A stretch of 44,440 nucleotides of DNA from Clostridia bacterium (GTDB lineage: Bacteria > Bacillota > Clostridia > Christensenellales > CAMQZB01), in assembly GCA_045579195.1 (NCBI GenBank), contig JAZNLR010000018.1, forward strand, positions 1 through 44,440, in the 5' to 3' direction. The translations under genes were made by a program, and so were the position numbers. The notes under the pieces are model-generated. The model worked only from the letters and a program-made list of their open reading frames with translations, was not told where the DNA came from and searched no databases. Shown one piece after another: positions 1-9,284 of this stretch. Each line of letters starts with the position of its first letter. Position 1 is the first letter of the stretch.

Positions 1-556
1 CTTCTGCGATGCCCCACTGTTCGCCAACGTAATCAGCGGTCACGTCAACAGGATCGCCAACTGCCATTGCAGGAACGAGCTTGTAACCATCTTTGGTCTC
101 GTTGTAATCGAACGTGTAGAAGCCATCGGAGATGTATCCCAAGAGGTCGCTATCCGTTGCGGTCTGATAAACGAACATGTTCCAAACGGTCGGGAAAACG
201 CTTGCTGCCAAGGAATACGTGTTGCCATCACCGGTGATGAGGCCCTTGGAAACGAACGTTCCGTAAAGCGAGAGGTTGCCGGTTACAGCAGTCTCAACGT
301 CGTACGGTTCGGGATCGTTTTCTGCATCGTCGTCAGTTGCCAATGCATAGTCTTCAGCGCTCGTAAAGAAATCACCGTCCGTGAAGTATCCTTCGAGCTC
401 GGTTGCTACGGTCTTTCCTTCCTTGACAGGCAATTCTGCAATTTTCTCGGTGCCGTTGTAGTACGTAACGGTGTACGTAGGCTTACATCCAGCAAACAGA
501 GAGCAGAGCATTGCAACAGCAATCAGAAGAGAAAGCACTTTTGCCAGTTTCTTCAT
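1..556 (-). CDS. Lipoprotein, probable OppA-like ABC transporter substrate-binding protein (runs off the left edge; absent from the ORF track)
   Basis: Manual translation from ATG at 556: MKKLAKVLSLLIAVAMLCSLFAGC (signal peptide with lipobox FAGC) ... GFYTFDYNETKDGYKLVPAMA; SD GGAGGAG upstream. Confidence 0.7.
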   Translation of the reverse strand, partial: MKKLAKVLSLLIAVAMLCSLFAGCKPTYTVTYYNGTEKIAELPVKEGKTVATELEGYFTDGDFFTSAEDYALATDDDAENDPEPYDVETAVTGNLSLYGTFVSKGLITGDGNTYSLAASVFPTVWNMFVYQTATDSDLLGYISDGFYTFDYNETKDGYKLVPAMAVGDPVDVTADYVGEQWGIAE

Positions 557-774
557 AAATTCTACTCCTCCATAATTATGGTCTATTGAATATTAGTTTC
601 TGCTTTCGCAGGGAAACCCAACGTTTGTTTTTCGGAATCCTTCCGAAAAGGGGAAAAGGGCGTCAACGGAATTCTTAAAAACACGAACAACTGCTTGTCC
701 GCTTCCCTTCCGAAGTTTCGCCACGGTTCATAAAATGCACACGCACGCACGCGCGCGCATCCTTATTTTTTAAT

Positions 775-804
775 ATAATACCACCAACCGGCGGAAGGTG
801 TCAA
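775..804 (-). promoter_or_regulatory. sigmaA-type promoter for the lipoprotein gene
   Basis: Minus strand TTGACA-18 nt-TATTAT with extended -10 TG. Confidence 0.6.
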
Positions 805-1018
805 GAAATTTGCCTTGCTCTTTGCGCTTTTTTCACTTTTTTCGCATTTTTTATGCCGCTTTGTTGATTTTTATGCGGATTTTTTGTCAGATTGGAAAAT
901 TTTGATTCTCTTTCTTCCTTCGACCTTTGCGGTTGCATTTTTGTCAACTTTTCTTTGCTTTTCTCGCTTTTCGCGTCCAACTTTCCGCAACGCATCGTTG
1001 CGAATATTTATGCAAAAC

Positions 1019-1058
1019 AAAAAGGCGCGCCCTCTTTTGGACACGCCTTCTCTCTGTT
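1019..1058 (-). terminator. Intrinsic terminator after rpsR
   Basis: Minus strand AAGGCGTGTCC-AAAAGA-GGGCGCGCCTT hairpin followed by a T tract. Confidence 0.65.
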
Positions 1059-1067
1059 TTTTTTGAA

Positions 1068-1316
1068 TTAGTCTGCCTTGAACGGGAGCAATGCCATCAC
1101 GCGCGCACGCTTAATTGCAACGGTGAGCATTCTCTGGTGCATCGCACAAGTTCCGGTCATACGACGGGGCAGGATCTTACCCTTTTCGGTGATGAACTTT
1201 CTCAGCTTTGCAACATCTTTATAGTCGATCTCGGTCGCCTTTTCCTGGCAGAACACGCAAACTTTTCTTCTCGGAGCTTTCTTAATAAAGCGCTTCGGAG
1301 CTCTTTCGTCAGCCAT
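1068..1316 (-). CDS. rpsR: 30S ribosomal protein S18
   Basis: RRKVCVFC...IDYKD...[17 protein letters not shown]...[13 protein letters not shown]. Confidence 0.98.
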   Translation of the reverse strand: MADERAPKRFIKKAPRRKVCVFCQEKATEIDYKDVAKLRKFITEKGKILPRRMTGTCAMHQRMLTVAIKRARVMALLPFKAD

Positions 1317-1345
1317 TGAACGTTACCTCCTTATTTTTTGAACAA

Positions 1346-1774
1346 TCAGAATGGCAAGCCGTCCTCATCTTCGATGGGCGGCAAATCCGCAAAGTTGGTC
1401 TTTTTCGACGGCGCAGCCTTCGCGGGAGCGGGAGTGTAAGCTTCGTCATCTCCCTGGGAGCGAGGAGAGCTGAGGAACTCAACCTCATCAGCAATGATTT
1501 CGGTGACGTAACGCTTGACGCCTTCCTTGTCGTCATAGGTTCTGGTCTGCAGACGGCCGACAACACCTGCTTTGCTGCCCTTTCTCAGGTAACGATTGCA
1601 GTTTTCGCCCTGCTCTCTCCAAACAATGACGGTGAAGAAATCAGCATTGTTCTCTTCCGAGTTGGAAAAACGTCTGGACACCGCAAGCGTGAAACGGCAA
1701 ATCGAGATGCCGCTCGTCGTGGTGGTCAGTTCAGGATCACGGACAAGATTGCCCACTAAAATCACTCTGTTCAT
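1346..1774 (-). CDS. ssb: Single-stranded DNA-binding protein
   Basis: MNRVILVGNLVRDPEL, acidic tail DEDGLPF; lies in rpsF-ssb-rpsR. Confidence 0.98.
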   Translation of the reverse strand: MNRVILVGNLVRDPELTTTTSGISICRFTLAVSRRFSNSEENNADFFTVIVWREQGENCNRYLRKGSKAGVVGRLQTRTYDDKEGVKRYVTEIIADEVEFLSSPRSQGDDEAYTPAPAKAAPSKKTNFADLPPIEDEDGLPF

Positions 1775-1820
1775 ATGTTCTCCTCATCTTGCCGCAATTT
1801 TTGCGGCGCTTATTACAAAT

Positions 1821-2225
1821 TTACGCGTTTTCTGCTTCGTCAGTTTCTTCCGTAACGACAGCAGCTTCTTCGGGCTTCGCCTCAACGGGTGCGACTTCCT
1901 CAACCTTTGCAGGTTCAGCCTTCGCAACCTTCACCGGCTTCTCGTATGCCAAGGTAACCATATAGCGAACGATTCTGTCGGACAGGCGCATCTTGCGTTC
2001 CATTTCCGCAAGTCCCTCATTTCCGCTTTCAAACGTCATGAGCACGTAAAAACCTTCGTTCTGGAAGTTGATGGGGTACATAAATTTCTTCATGCCCCAT
2101 TTGTCGATGCTCTCGACGGATCCGCCGTGGCTTACGATGATGTCTTCATACTTTTTGAAGATACCCTCTCTGTCTGCCTCGGGAACCTTGGTGGAAATGA
2201 TGTAAAGCACTTCATACTTCTTCAT
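1821..2225 (-). CDS. rpsF: 30S ribosomal protein S6 with acidic C-terminal extension
   Basis: MKKYEVLYII...KWGMKKFMYPI...GFYVL; operon context. Confidence 0.96.
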   Translation of the reverse strand: MKKYEVLYIISTKVPEADREGIFKKYEDIIVSHGGSVESIDKWGMKKFMYPINFQNEGFYVLMTFESGNEGLAEMERKMRLSDRIVRYMVTLAYEKPVKVAKAEPAKVEEVAPVEAKPEEAAVVTEETDEAENA

Positions 2226-2229
2226 TTTG

Positions 2230-2292
2230 TTTCACCTCCCTGTGGACTGATGGCCTTGGTCGCTCAAAAATTTCAACCAAAGCAAGGATGTT
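2230..2292 (-). promoter_or_regulatory. Probable S6:S18 ribosomal-protein autoregulatory leader
   Basis: Minus strand ATCCTTGCTTTGG...CCAAGGCCATCAGTCCACAGGGAGGTG directly before rpsF; resembles the Firmicute rpsF leader, with CCTTG able to pair with the SD region. Confidence 0.6.
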
Positions 2293-2506
2293 CGCTTCAA
2301 TCCTTTTCGATCCTGCGGATTCAAGCGATTTGCCGAACATATCTCGGCGTTTGATTATTTTATCACATTTTTGCAAGAAAGACAAGTGTTTTTCTGCCAT
2401 TCCGTCAAAAAAATCGGGTAAACCCCTTGGGAATTCCCCGTTTTTTGCAAGAAAAAGGGCGAGCGTTTTTCTTGCCGGAAAAGCGTTCGCCCATTCGTTT
2501 TCGTTC

Positions 2507-4207
2507 TTACAGCGAAAAGTACGCGCGCACCGTCTTGGACAGCGCGTCATACGCAGCTTTGCTCTCTTCTTTGCTTGCCCCGACCGTCGTGTAATAAAGC
2601 TTGATCTTCGGCTCCGTTCCCGACGGGCGGATGATGAGCTTTCCGCCGCCAACAAACTCAAACGCAAGCACGTTGGACGAGGGAAGGTCGATCTCCTCTT
2701 CCGTTCCGTTTGCGAGGTCAAACGCCTTCTTCGCGCGGTAATCGCGGAAGCGGACAAGCTCCTTGACGCCGCGGAAGCGATCCTCTCTTGCGAAATCCAT
2801 CAGCTCTGCCATCTTCTTCATGCCGACCGAGCCTTCGAATTGATAATTCTCCAGGTGATTGAGGAAGTACCCATGCTCTTCGTACATCTCTTTGCGGACG
2901 TCAAGAAGGGTCTTTCCTTCCAATGCATAGAACGCCGCCATCTCGCAGATCAGCATGGACGCAACCACTGCATCCTTGTCGCGGACGTACGTTCCGGCAA
3001 GATAGCCATAGCTCTCCTCAAAGCCGAGAAGGAAGGCATCTTCTCTTCCCGCCGCCTCAAGCTTTGCGATCTGCTCGCCGATGAACTTGAATCCCGTGAG
3101 AACGTCGGCAAGATGCACGCCGTACTTCTTGGCGATCTTCATCGCGATGTCTGTCGAAACGATGGTCTTGACCGCAACGGGATCTTTGGGCATCGTTCCG
3201 TTTGCGATGCGGCTCTTGCAAATATAGTCCAGCATCATCGCGCCCACCTCATTGCCCGTGACCAGCTCGAAGCCGTTTTCTCCGCGCACGGCAATGCCCA
3301 TGCGGTCGGCGTCGGGGTCGGTTGCAACCAAGAGGTCTGCGTTTTGCTCTTCGCACACCTTCAAACCAAGCGCGAGCGCCTCACGGATCTCGGGGTTTGG
3401 GAAGGGACAGGTGGTGAAATTCGAATCGGGAAGCTCCTGCTCTTTGACGACGGTCACGTTCCCGTGCCCAGCGCGCTTGAGCACCTCACGCACGTGCACG
3501 TTGCCCGTTCCGTTCAAGGGGGAGTAAACGATCTTGAGGCCCGCAGCCTTGGGGGCTTCCGCATTGATCCTGCGGGAGAGAACCTTCTCGTAGAACGCCT
3601 CAACGACGTCTTGCCCGATATATTCGATCTTCTTTTCTGCAAGCGCCGTTTCGAAATCCACGGTCTTGACGCCTTCAAAGACGTCAACGCTTGCGATCTT
3701 TGCGAGAACGGCATCCGCTTCGACCACGCCAAACTGGCAGCCATCCGGGCCGTACGCCTTATATCCGTTGTACTTTGCGGGGTTGTGGGATGCTGTGACG
3801 ACGATTCCTCCCGAGGTCTTCAAATGACGCACCGCAAAGGAGAGCATGGGCGTGGGCGCAAGCGTGGGGTACAGCCACACTTTGATGCCGTTTGCCGCAA
3901 ACACGCTTGCTGTGTGGCGCGCGAACACGTCCGAGAACTTACGCGAGTCGTACGCAACCGCAACCGAAGGGGACGTGAAGCTCTCGTTGATGTAATCGGA
4001 AAGGCCCTGGGTCGCCTTGCCGACGGTGTAAACGTTCATACGGTTCGTTCCTGCCGCGATCACACCGCGCAGTCCGCCCGTTCCGAACTCCAATTCCTTA
4101 TAAAACCGCTCGTAGATCTCCTTATCGTTTCCTTCGAGCGCAAGAAGCTCCTCTTTGAGCGCCTCATCCGTCACTTTTTCTTTCCACAGTTCATAAATCT
4201 GGTTCAT
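2507..4207 (-). CDS. pgm: Phosphoglucomutase/phosphomannomutase (phospho-sugar mutase)
   Basis: FGTGGLRG, TASHNP, DPDADR, GFEESYG, IRPSGTEPKIK motifs. Confidence 0.93.
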   Translation of the reverse strand: MNQIYELWKEKVTDEALKEELLALEGNDKEIYERFYKELEFGTGGLRGVIAAGTNRMNVYTVGKATQGLSDYINESFTSPSVAVAYDSRKFSDVFARHTASVFAANGIKVWLYPTLAPTPMLSFAVRHLKTSGGIVVTASHNPAKYNGYKAYGPDGCQFGVVEADAVLAKIASVDVFEGVKTVDFETALAEKKIEYIGQDVVEAFYEKVLSRRINAEAPKAAGLKIVYSPLNGTGNVHVREVLKRAGHGNVTVVKEQELPDSNFTTCPFPNPEIREALALGLKVCEEQNADLLVATDPDADRMGIAVRGENGFELVTGNEVGAMMLDYICKSRIANGTMPKDPVAVKTIVSTDIAMKIAKKYGVHLADVLTGFKFIGEQIAKLEAAGREDAFLLGFEESYGYLAGTYVRDKDAVVASMLICEMAAFYALEGKTLLDVRKEMYEEHGYFLNHLENYQFEGSVGMKKMAELMDFAREDRFRGVKELVRFRDYRAKKAFDLANGTEEEIDLPSSNVLAFEFVGGGKLIIRPSGTEPKIKLYYTTVGASKEESKAAYDALSKTVRAYFSL

Positions 4208-4274
4208 CTTAAATTCGGTCCTCCTGCTTCAAAAAGAAGGCGAAGAGCACTCTTCGCCTTACAAGCTTTTCTCT

Positions 4275-5132
4275 TTATTCGTAAACTTTATCGCTGTTGA
4301 GGAAGAGAACGCCCAACGTTCCGCGTCCGCAATGACTGGTGATGACGCTTCCTGCAACCGTCACAAGGACTTCTTCAAAGTCAAAGACCTCTTTCACGAG
4401 ATCCACGACGAGATCCACAATGGAGGGATCGCAGTACGAATGGGTGACGAACACGCGGCGCTTCTCCGGGTGGGGGAACATCTCGTGAAGGTCGTTGACG
4501 TACGCGCGCAGCACCTTCTGCATCGACCCGCGGTACTTCTTCAAAACGGACAGCTTTCCGTCCTTCATGCGAATATACGGTTTGAGCTTGAGAAGGTTTG
4601 CTCCAAGCATTGCAACGGAAGAGCATCTTCCGCCTTTATGTAAGTACTCCAGCGTGTCCACCACGAAAGAAGTCTGAACGTGGGATGCGATCCTATTTGC
4701 TTCCGCCACCGCATCTTTTGCGCTCATGCCGCCTTCAACGAGGTCAAGCGTGTGCAACAAGAGCAAGCTCGTTCCTGTCGAGAGCACGCGGGAATCTACG
4801 ACGTAAACTCCCTTCATCTCTTCCGCCGCAAGGCGAGCGCCCTGGTGGGATGAGGACATATCGCTGGAAATGTTGAAGTGGATGACTTCCATTCCCTGAT
4901 CGGTGAACTGCTTGAAGAACGCGCCGTACTCATTCATATTCGCTGCGGCGGTCTTGGGAAGCTGCTTGGTTTCGGAAACGTACTGGAAAATGTCCGGGGG
5001 CGTGATGTTCTGTCCGTCAAAGTAAGTCTTCTCTCCCAAAGTGACTTTGAGAGGAACGATGCTGATTTGATATCGCTCCAAGAGTTCCGGGGAAAGATCG
5101 CAAGTGGAATCTGCCGTGAATTTGACTTTCAT
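4275..5132 (-). CDS. DegV family fatty-acid-binding protein
   Basis: TADSTCDL, PKTAA, VVDS, YLHKGGR, HCGRGTLG. Confidence 0.93.
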   Translation of the reverse strand: MKVKFTADSTCDLSPELLERYQISIVPLKVTLGEKTYFDGQNITPPDIFQYVSETKQLPKTAAANMNEYGAFFKQFTDQGMEVIHFNISSDMSSSHQGARLAAEEMKGVYVVDSRVLSTGTSLLLLHTLDLVEGGMSAKDAVAEANRIASHVQTSFVVDTLEYLHKGGRCSSVAMLGANLLKLKPYIRMKDGKLSVLKKYRGSMQKVLRAYVNDLHEMFPHPEKRRVFVTHSYCDPSIVDLVVDLVKEVFDFEEVLVTVAGSVITSHCGRGTLGVLFLNSDKVYE

Positions 5133-5166
5133 CGTCTTTGTTTTTCTCCTTGTCTTGTGAAATGTT

Positions 5167-5736
5167 TCAATAGTTTATGATAACGACGCCGTAGAGTAAG
5201 CTCTGAGGAATGGGGCCAAACTCGGTGGAATCGTAACTTTCGGAACGATTATCCCCCAAGACGAACATATAACCTTTGGGAACGTGGGTCTTGGAAAAGC
5301 GGAAACTTGCGCAGGCAGGGTTGACGTACGGCTCGGCCGTGCGGATCACCGCATCTCCCCCGTCTTTCTGGCGGCAGAGGTATCCTTCTTCATCCACCCA
5401 GACAGTCTCCCCGCCCATAGAGACGACGCGTTTGATGTAAAGCGCGCCCTCCTCGGTCGGGCTGTGGATCACGACGACGTCACCCGGCTTTGGGGCAAAG
5501 ATCTTGCAGATGCCCACCATCTGCCCGTCACGGTACGTGGGGAACATCGACGTCTTCTGAACGCGGATGTTCTCAAAGACGAACGTGAGGATGAAAATAC
5601 CGATCAAAATGCCAACGAGAAACAGGATGATCAGCCCTCTTAACTCCCGACGGGAAAAGTACGACGGGTCACGCCGTGTTATCACCGCGGCATAGCGTCC
5701 GTTGCTGTCGCGGAAGCGGTGTTTATAACTGATCAT
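5167..5736 (-). CDS. lepB: Signal peptidase I
   Basis: TM helix, SMFPT, YIKRVV, GDNRSESYDS. Confidence 0.92.
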   Translation of the reverse strand: MISYKHRFRDSNGRYAAVITRRDPSYFSRRELRGLIILFLVGILIGIFILTFVFENIRVQKTSMFPTYRDGQMVGICKIFAPKPGDVVVIHSPTEEGALYIKRVVSMGGETVWVDEEGYLCRQKDGGDAVIRTAEPYVNPACASFRFSKTHVPKGYMFVLGDNRSESYDSTEFGPIPQSLLYGVVIINY

Positions 5737-5908
5737 TTTTCTTCTTCACCGCCTTTTTGAACTTTTCGATGGGTAACATCACAATGTGGCCGCACTTCTT
5801 GCACTTGAGCTTGAAGTCTGCCCCCGTTCTTAGGATCTCCCACTCGTTGCCTCCGCAGGGGTGAACCTTTTTTGTCGTTACCGAATCGCCAACTTGAAAT
5901 TCCATCAA
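5723..5908 (-). CDS. DUF951 (YyzM-like) small protein
   Basis: KKVHPCGGNEWEILRTGADFKLKCKKCGH. Confidence 0.9.
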   Translation of the reverse strand: MMEFQVGDSVTTKKVHPCGGNEWEILRTGADFKLKCKKCGHIVMLPIEKFKKAVKKKNDQL

Positions 5909-5953
5909 AACCTCTAAGATTTTAGCACTTGTTTGTGATGCCTTTGTTAAAAA

Positions 5954-7633
5954 TCAGAGCCACAACATATTGTTGATCACAACTTTTGTCTCTCCGCTGA
6001 TTGAAAGGAAGGTGCAACGGGAGAAATCCTGCAAAGAAAGTCCGTCTGCCGTCTTGAAGTCCTTTGCGGAAAACTCCATCTTTTCCCAAATCTCGCCACC
6101 CACGGCCTCACGGGTCGCAACAAAAATCTGTTCGTCTTCCAGGCCGCAGTTTGAACGAAGCTCAACGCGCACCGTCTGTGCGGTCAAGGAATAAAGGTCG
6201 AAGAGGAGAAGTTGCTCCGCTTCGCCGCGGAACGTGCTGTTTGCGATCTTATGCGTGGAAAGGGGGAACATCGACGTGATTCCGTCAATGCCGTTCGGCC
6301 CTTTTTGAACAAGAACGGGGTCTCCCTCAAGGAAGCAGTCCACAAAGGATTCCGCTTCGAACTTTGCGGACGGGAAGAACGTGTCCTTTCCCATCATTCC
6401 GTTATAGAGAATCTTCTGTTTTCGCACCGTTGGAACGGAAAGACCGAGTGCTTCAGGGGTCGCGACGAGATAGTTGCTCGAAAGAACGAGCCCGTCTTCA
6501 TATTCTGTGGAGACGAACGCAAAGATATGCCCTGTCGACGTGAGCTTAAGCGTTGCAAAGAAAATTCCCGAACCGCCGTCTTCCATCTTGACTTCCTGCC
6601 AATTGCGCTCGTGTGGATTGAGGTTCTCCTGTGCGTAAAACAGGGTTGCGCACTTTACGGTTTCGGGCTTTTCAAACTGTGCGGAAATGCGAAGCTCTCC
6701 GTTGGATGCGACGAACTCCGCAAGCGCGGGAACATCCTCAATGAACACATCAGTCAAGAGTTTTTTCAAAAAACCGACCATCGTTCTGACGTTGTTTTTC
6801 CCCAGGAGACCGTTGGTTCTCGGCGCGATGCTGACGAGAGAGAGAACGCTTCCGGGAACGCGAGCCATCGTGTCGAACGCACGGTCGACGTCACCAAGCC
6901 TGTCGTTGGTTGCCCCAACATACAGCATGGGGCAATTCAGTTTATGCGCGTATGCCTGGGGCGCAACGCCTGCAAGCCATCTGCCGCGTTCTACGTCGAT
7001 TTCAATCTGATTGTTTTCGCTATATTTAAAGTGCCCGCGGTACTCTTCCCATCCCGCCCCGAACACGGTGACGGCGCAGGTGAGGTCGGGCTCGCAATAT
7101 CCAAGTTGCCAGACGATGTTCGCACCGTTTCCGATGCCGATGACGCCGATCTTCTCGGAGAGGTTCTTCTTGGCGAACGAAACGGCGTGCCGCATGGCAA
7201 CCGTCCATTCATACCACGGCGTTTCCTTCGCGTTTGGCTCTGCACGGAAAAGGCGCTCTTTGGCAAGCGCGGTGTTCGCAAACTCCAAACTTTCCGGCCA
7301 GAAGGTAAATCTTTTGCGATCCGAGAGGCCCGCAAGGTCGCAGGACATTGCAATGAATCCCTGCTTTGCAAAAAAAGCAAGAAGACGATCGTCAACCGAA
7401 CGATCTACCGGGTTGACGATGAGGACGCACGGAAGGGCAGCTTCCTCTCCTTCAGGACGTGCAACCGTTGTAAACAGGCGAACGACTCCGTCCTCCTTTT
7501 TCTGTCCGTTGAAGAAAAACTGCGTAAAGCGAACGCCATTTTGGGAGCGCTCGGAAAGAACGTCTTCGCAAAAATCTTCCGAAACGCCCTCAAAATCCTC
7601 CCATATCATTGTCGGTGTCAATAAATTTTCCAA
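5954..7633 (-). CDS. Alpha/beta-hydrolase-fold protein with C-terminal beta-rich domains, probably catalytically degenerate
   Basis: FAKQGFIAMSCDL, KIGVIGIGNGA at the nucleophile elbow, PMLYVGATND; TTG start with SD GGAGA. Confidence 0.6.
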   Translation of the reverse strand: MENLLTPTMIWEDFEGVSEDFCEDVLSERSQNGVRFTQFFFNGQKKEDGVVRLFTTVARPEGEEAALPCVLIVNPVDRSVDDRLLAFFAKQGFIAMSCDLAGLSDRKRFTFWPESLEFANTALAKERLFRAEPNAKETPWYEWTVAMRHAVSFAKKNLSEKIGVIGIGNGANIVWQLGYCEPDLTCAVTVFGAGWEEYRGHFKYSENNQIEIDVERGRWLAGVAPQAYAHKLNCPMLYVGATNDRLGDVDRAFDTMARVPGSVLSLVSIAPRTNGLLGKNNVRTMVGFLKKLLTDVFIEDVPALAEFVASNGELRISAQFEKPETVKCATLFYAQENLNPHERNWQEVKMEDGGSGIFFATLKLTSTGHIFAFVSTEYEDGLVLSSNYLVATPEALGLSVPTVRKQKILYNGMMGKDTFFPSAKFEAESFVDCFLEGDPVLVQKGPNGIDGITSMFPLSTHKIANSTFRGEAEQLLLFDLYSLTAQTVRVELRSNCGLEDEQIFVATREAVGGEIWEKMEFSAKDFKTADGLSLQDFSRCTFLSISGETKVVINNMLWL

Positions 7634-7791
7634 AATTTCTCCAAAAAATCAAGGAAAAGCAAACGAATTTTTCTCTGCGCTTGCTTTCTTGCCCAAAAAG
7701 TGATAGAATAAATATCCCAGTCGAACTGTACTCTTATTATACAGTTTCGCGGAACAAATTGCAAGCATTCGGCTTAAAAGAGGTAAAATTT

Positions 7792-9234
7792 ATGTCCCTT
7801 TGCAGACTTTCCCCCGAATTCGTTCTCGGCGGTTTCACCCCGGTCGACAACGTCTTCCTCTGTGAATATATGCGTGACGCGCCCGAAAATTACGTGCGCG
7901 TGTACCTCTATGGCCTTTATCTTTCCCATTGCGGCGGAAGAGAAAACTCCATTGCGGACTTTTCCGCGGCGCTGAAGCTGGGGGAAGGCGAGGTCCTTGC
8001 CGCTTTTCAGTACTGGAACGAGCTCGGCCTTTGCAACTTGCTTTCCGAATCCCCCATTGAGGTGGTTTACGTTCCCGTGTCCATCACGTCGAAGCCGCGC
8101 AAGATCAAGGCGGGGAAATATACCGAATTCAACAAACAGCTTCAGGCGCTTTTGCCTGCGCGCATGATCACGCCCACCGAGTTTGCGGAATATTACAACG
8201 TGATGGAGTCTTTCCACGTTCAGCCCGAGGCAATGATCATGATCGTGAAGTACTGCGTGGACTTGAAGGGAGAATCGGTCAGCTATCGGTACGTGCTGAC
8301 AGTTGCTCGCAACTTTGCAACCCGACACATCACCACCCTTTCGGCGGTGGAAGAAGAACTCAGCGGATACGTCCGTCAGTCGGGCGCGACCGCAGAACTC
8401 GTCCGTGCGATGGGTTCGCGCCGCAGAATTGAAATTGAAGACAACGATTATTATAAGCGCTGGACGCAGGAACTCGGCTTTGACCACAAGACCCTTCTCT
8501 TCGTCGCTTCCAACTTGCAAAAGGGAAGCAACATGAAGGCGTTCGACGCGACCTTAAAAGAGCTTTATGCTCACCGTCTCTTCACGCAGGAGGAGATCGC
8601 ACGTTATCGCGAAACGAAGGCCGCGCTCCGCGAGCTTGCGTACGCCGTCAACCGCGCGCTCGGCATCTATTACGAGCTCGTGGACACCGAGATCGAACGC
8701 TACATCGTCAAGTGGTTGGACAAGGGCTTCACACACGAGGCGCTCATCCGCATCGCGGTCTACTGCGAGGCGAACGGTATGCGCCAGCTCGACCGTATGG
8801 GCGAGACGGTGGACAAGTTTGCAAAGCTCGGCCTCTTCACCGTGGAAAGCATCGAGGAATACGTCCGGCAGGCGCTTGCGCGCGACGAGCGCATCGCAAA
8901 GATGCTGGAGATCCTCGGCATCGACCGCCGTGTCAATCGCTTCGACCGCGAGAGCTTCCGCCGTTGGTCGGTCTCGTGGGGCTTTACGGACGAAGTCATC
9001 TTATACGCCGCAGAGATTTCCGCAGGAAGCGCGCATCCTTTGCAGTATATGAACGTCGTTCTCTCCAAGTGGCGCGCAAACGACGTCTTCTCCTTGGAGG
9101 CTGCGAAAGAATTCCGCCCCGAAACGGGGAGCGCACCCGACAAAAAGCCTGCCGACCTTGCATACGTCAGCCGCGATCCTTCCCAAGCAGAGGCGGCTTC
9201 CCTGTTTGCGAGCCTTGACGACGTTGACTTTTAA
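7792..9234 (+). CDS. DnaD/DnaB_2-repeat replication protein
   Basis: N-terminal VDNVFLCEYM...YVRVYLYGL...YWNELGL then four DnaD-like repeats (last YMNVVLSKW); SD GAGG before ATG 7792. Confidence 0.85.
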   Translation: MSLCRLSPEFVLGGFTPVDNVFLCEYMRDAPENYVRVYLYGLYLSHCGGRENSIADFSAALKLGEGEVLAAFQYWNELGLCNLLSESPIEVVYVPVSITSKPRKIKAGKYTEFNKQLQALLPARMITPTEFAEYYNVMESFHVQPEAMIMIVKYCVDLKGESVSYRYVLTVARNFATRHITTLSAVEEELSGYVRQSGATAELVRAMGSRRRIEIEDNDYYKRWTQELGFDHKTLLFVASNLQKGSNMKAFDATLKELYAHRLFTQEEIARYRETKAALRELAYAVNRALGIYYELVDTEIERYIVKWLDKGFTHEALIRIAVYCEANGMRQLDRMGETVDKFAKLGLFTVESIEEYVRQALARDERIAKMLEILGIDRRVNRFDRESFRRWSVSWGFTDEVILYAAEISAGSAHPLQYMNVVLSKWRANDVFSLEAAKEFRPETGSAPDKKPADLAYVSRDPSQAEAASLFASLDDVDF

Positions 9235-9284
9235 TTGTTCTTTATCTAACCGTTAGTTTTCTAACTATTTTATGAGGTAATTCC

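Noticed and set aside
801-1066. ORFs in the T-rich gap left of rpsR
   Set aside because: Phe- or Lys-rich low-complexity products of a promoter/terminator region
2288-4300. 670-aa plus-strand ORF, and similar long ORFs at 6212-7624, 10284-12155, 12537-13589, 24837-26171, 31887-32843 and 41234-42319
   Set aside because: Antisense shadows of well-supported genes (pgm, hydrolase, prs/jag, yidC, ftsH, both pfk), explained by codon bias; no recognisable motifs
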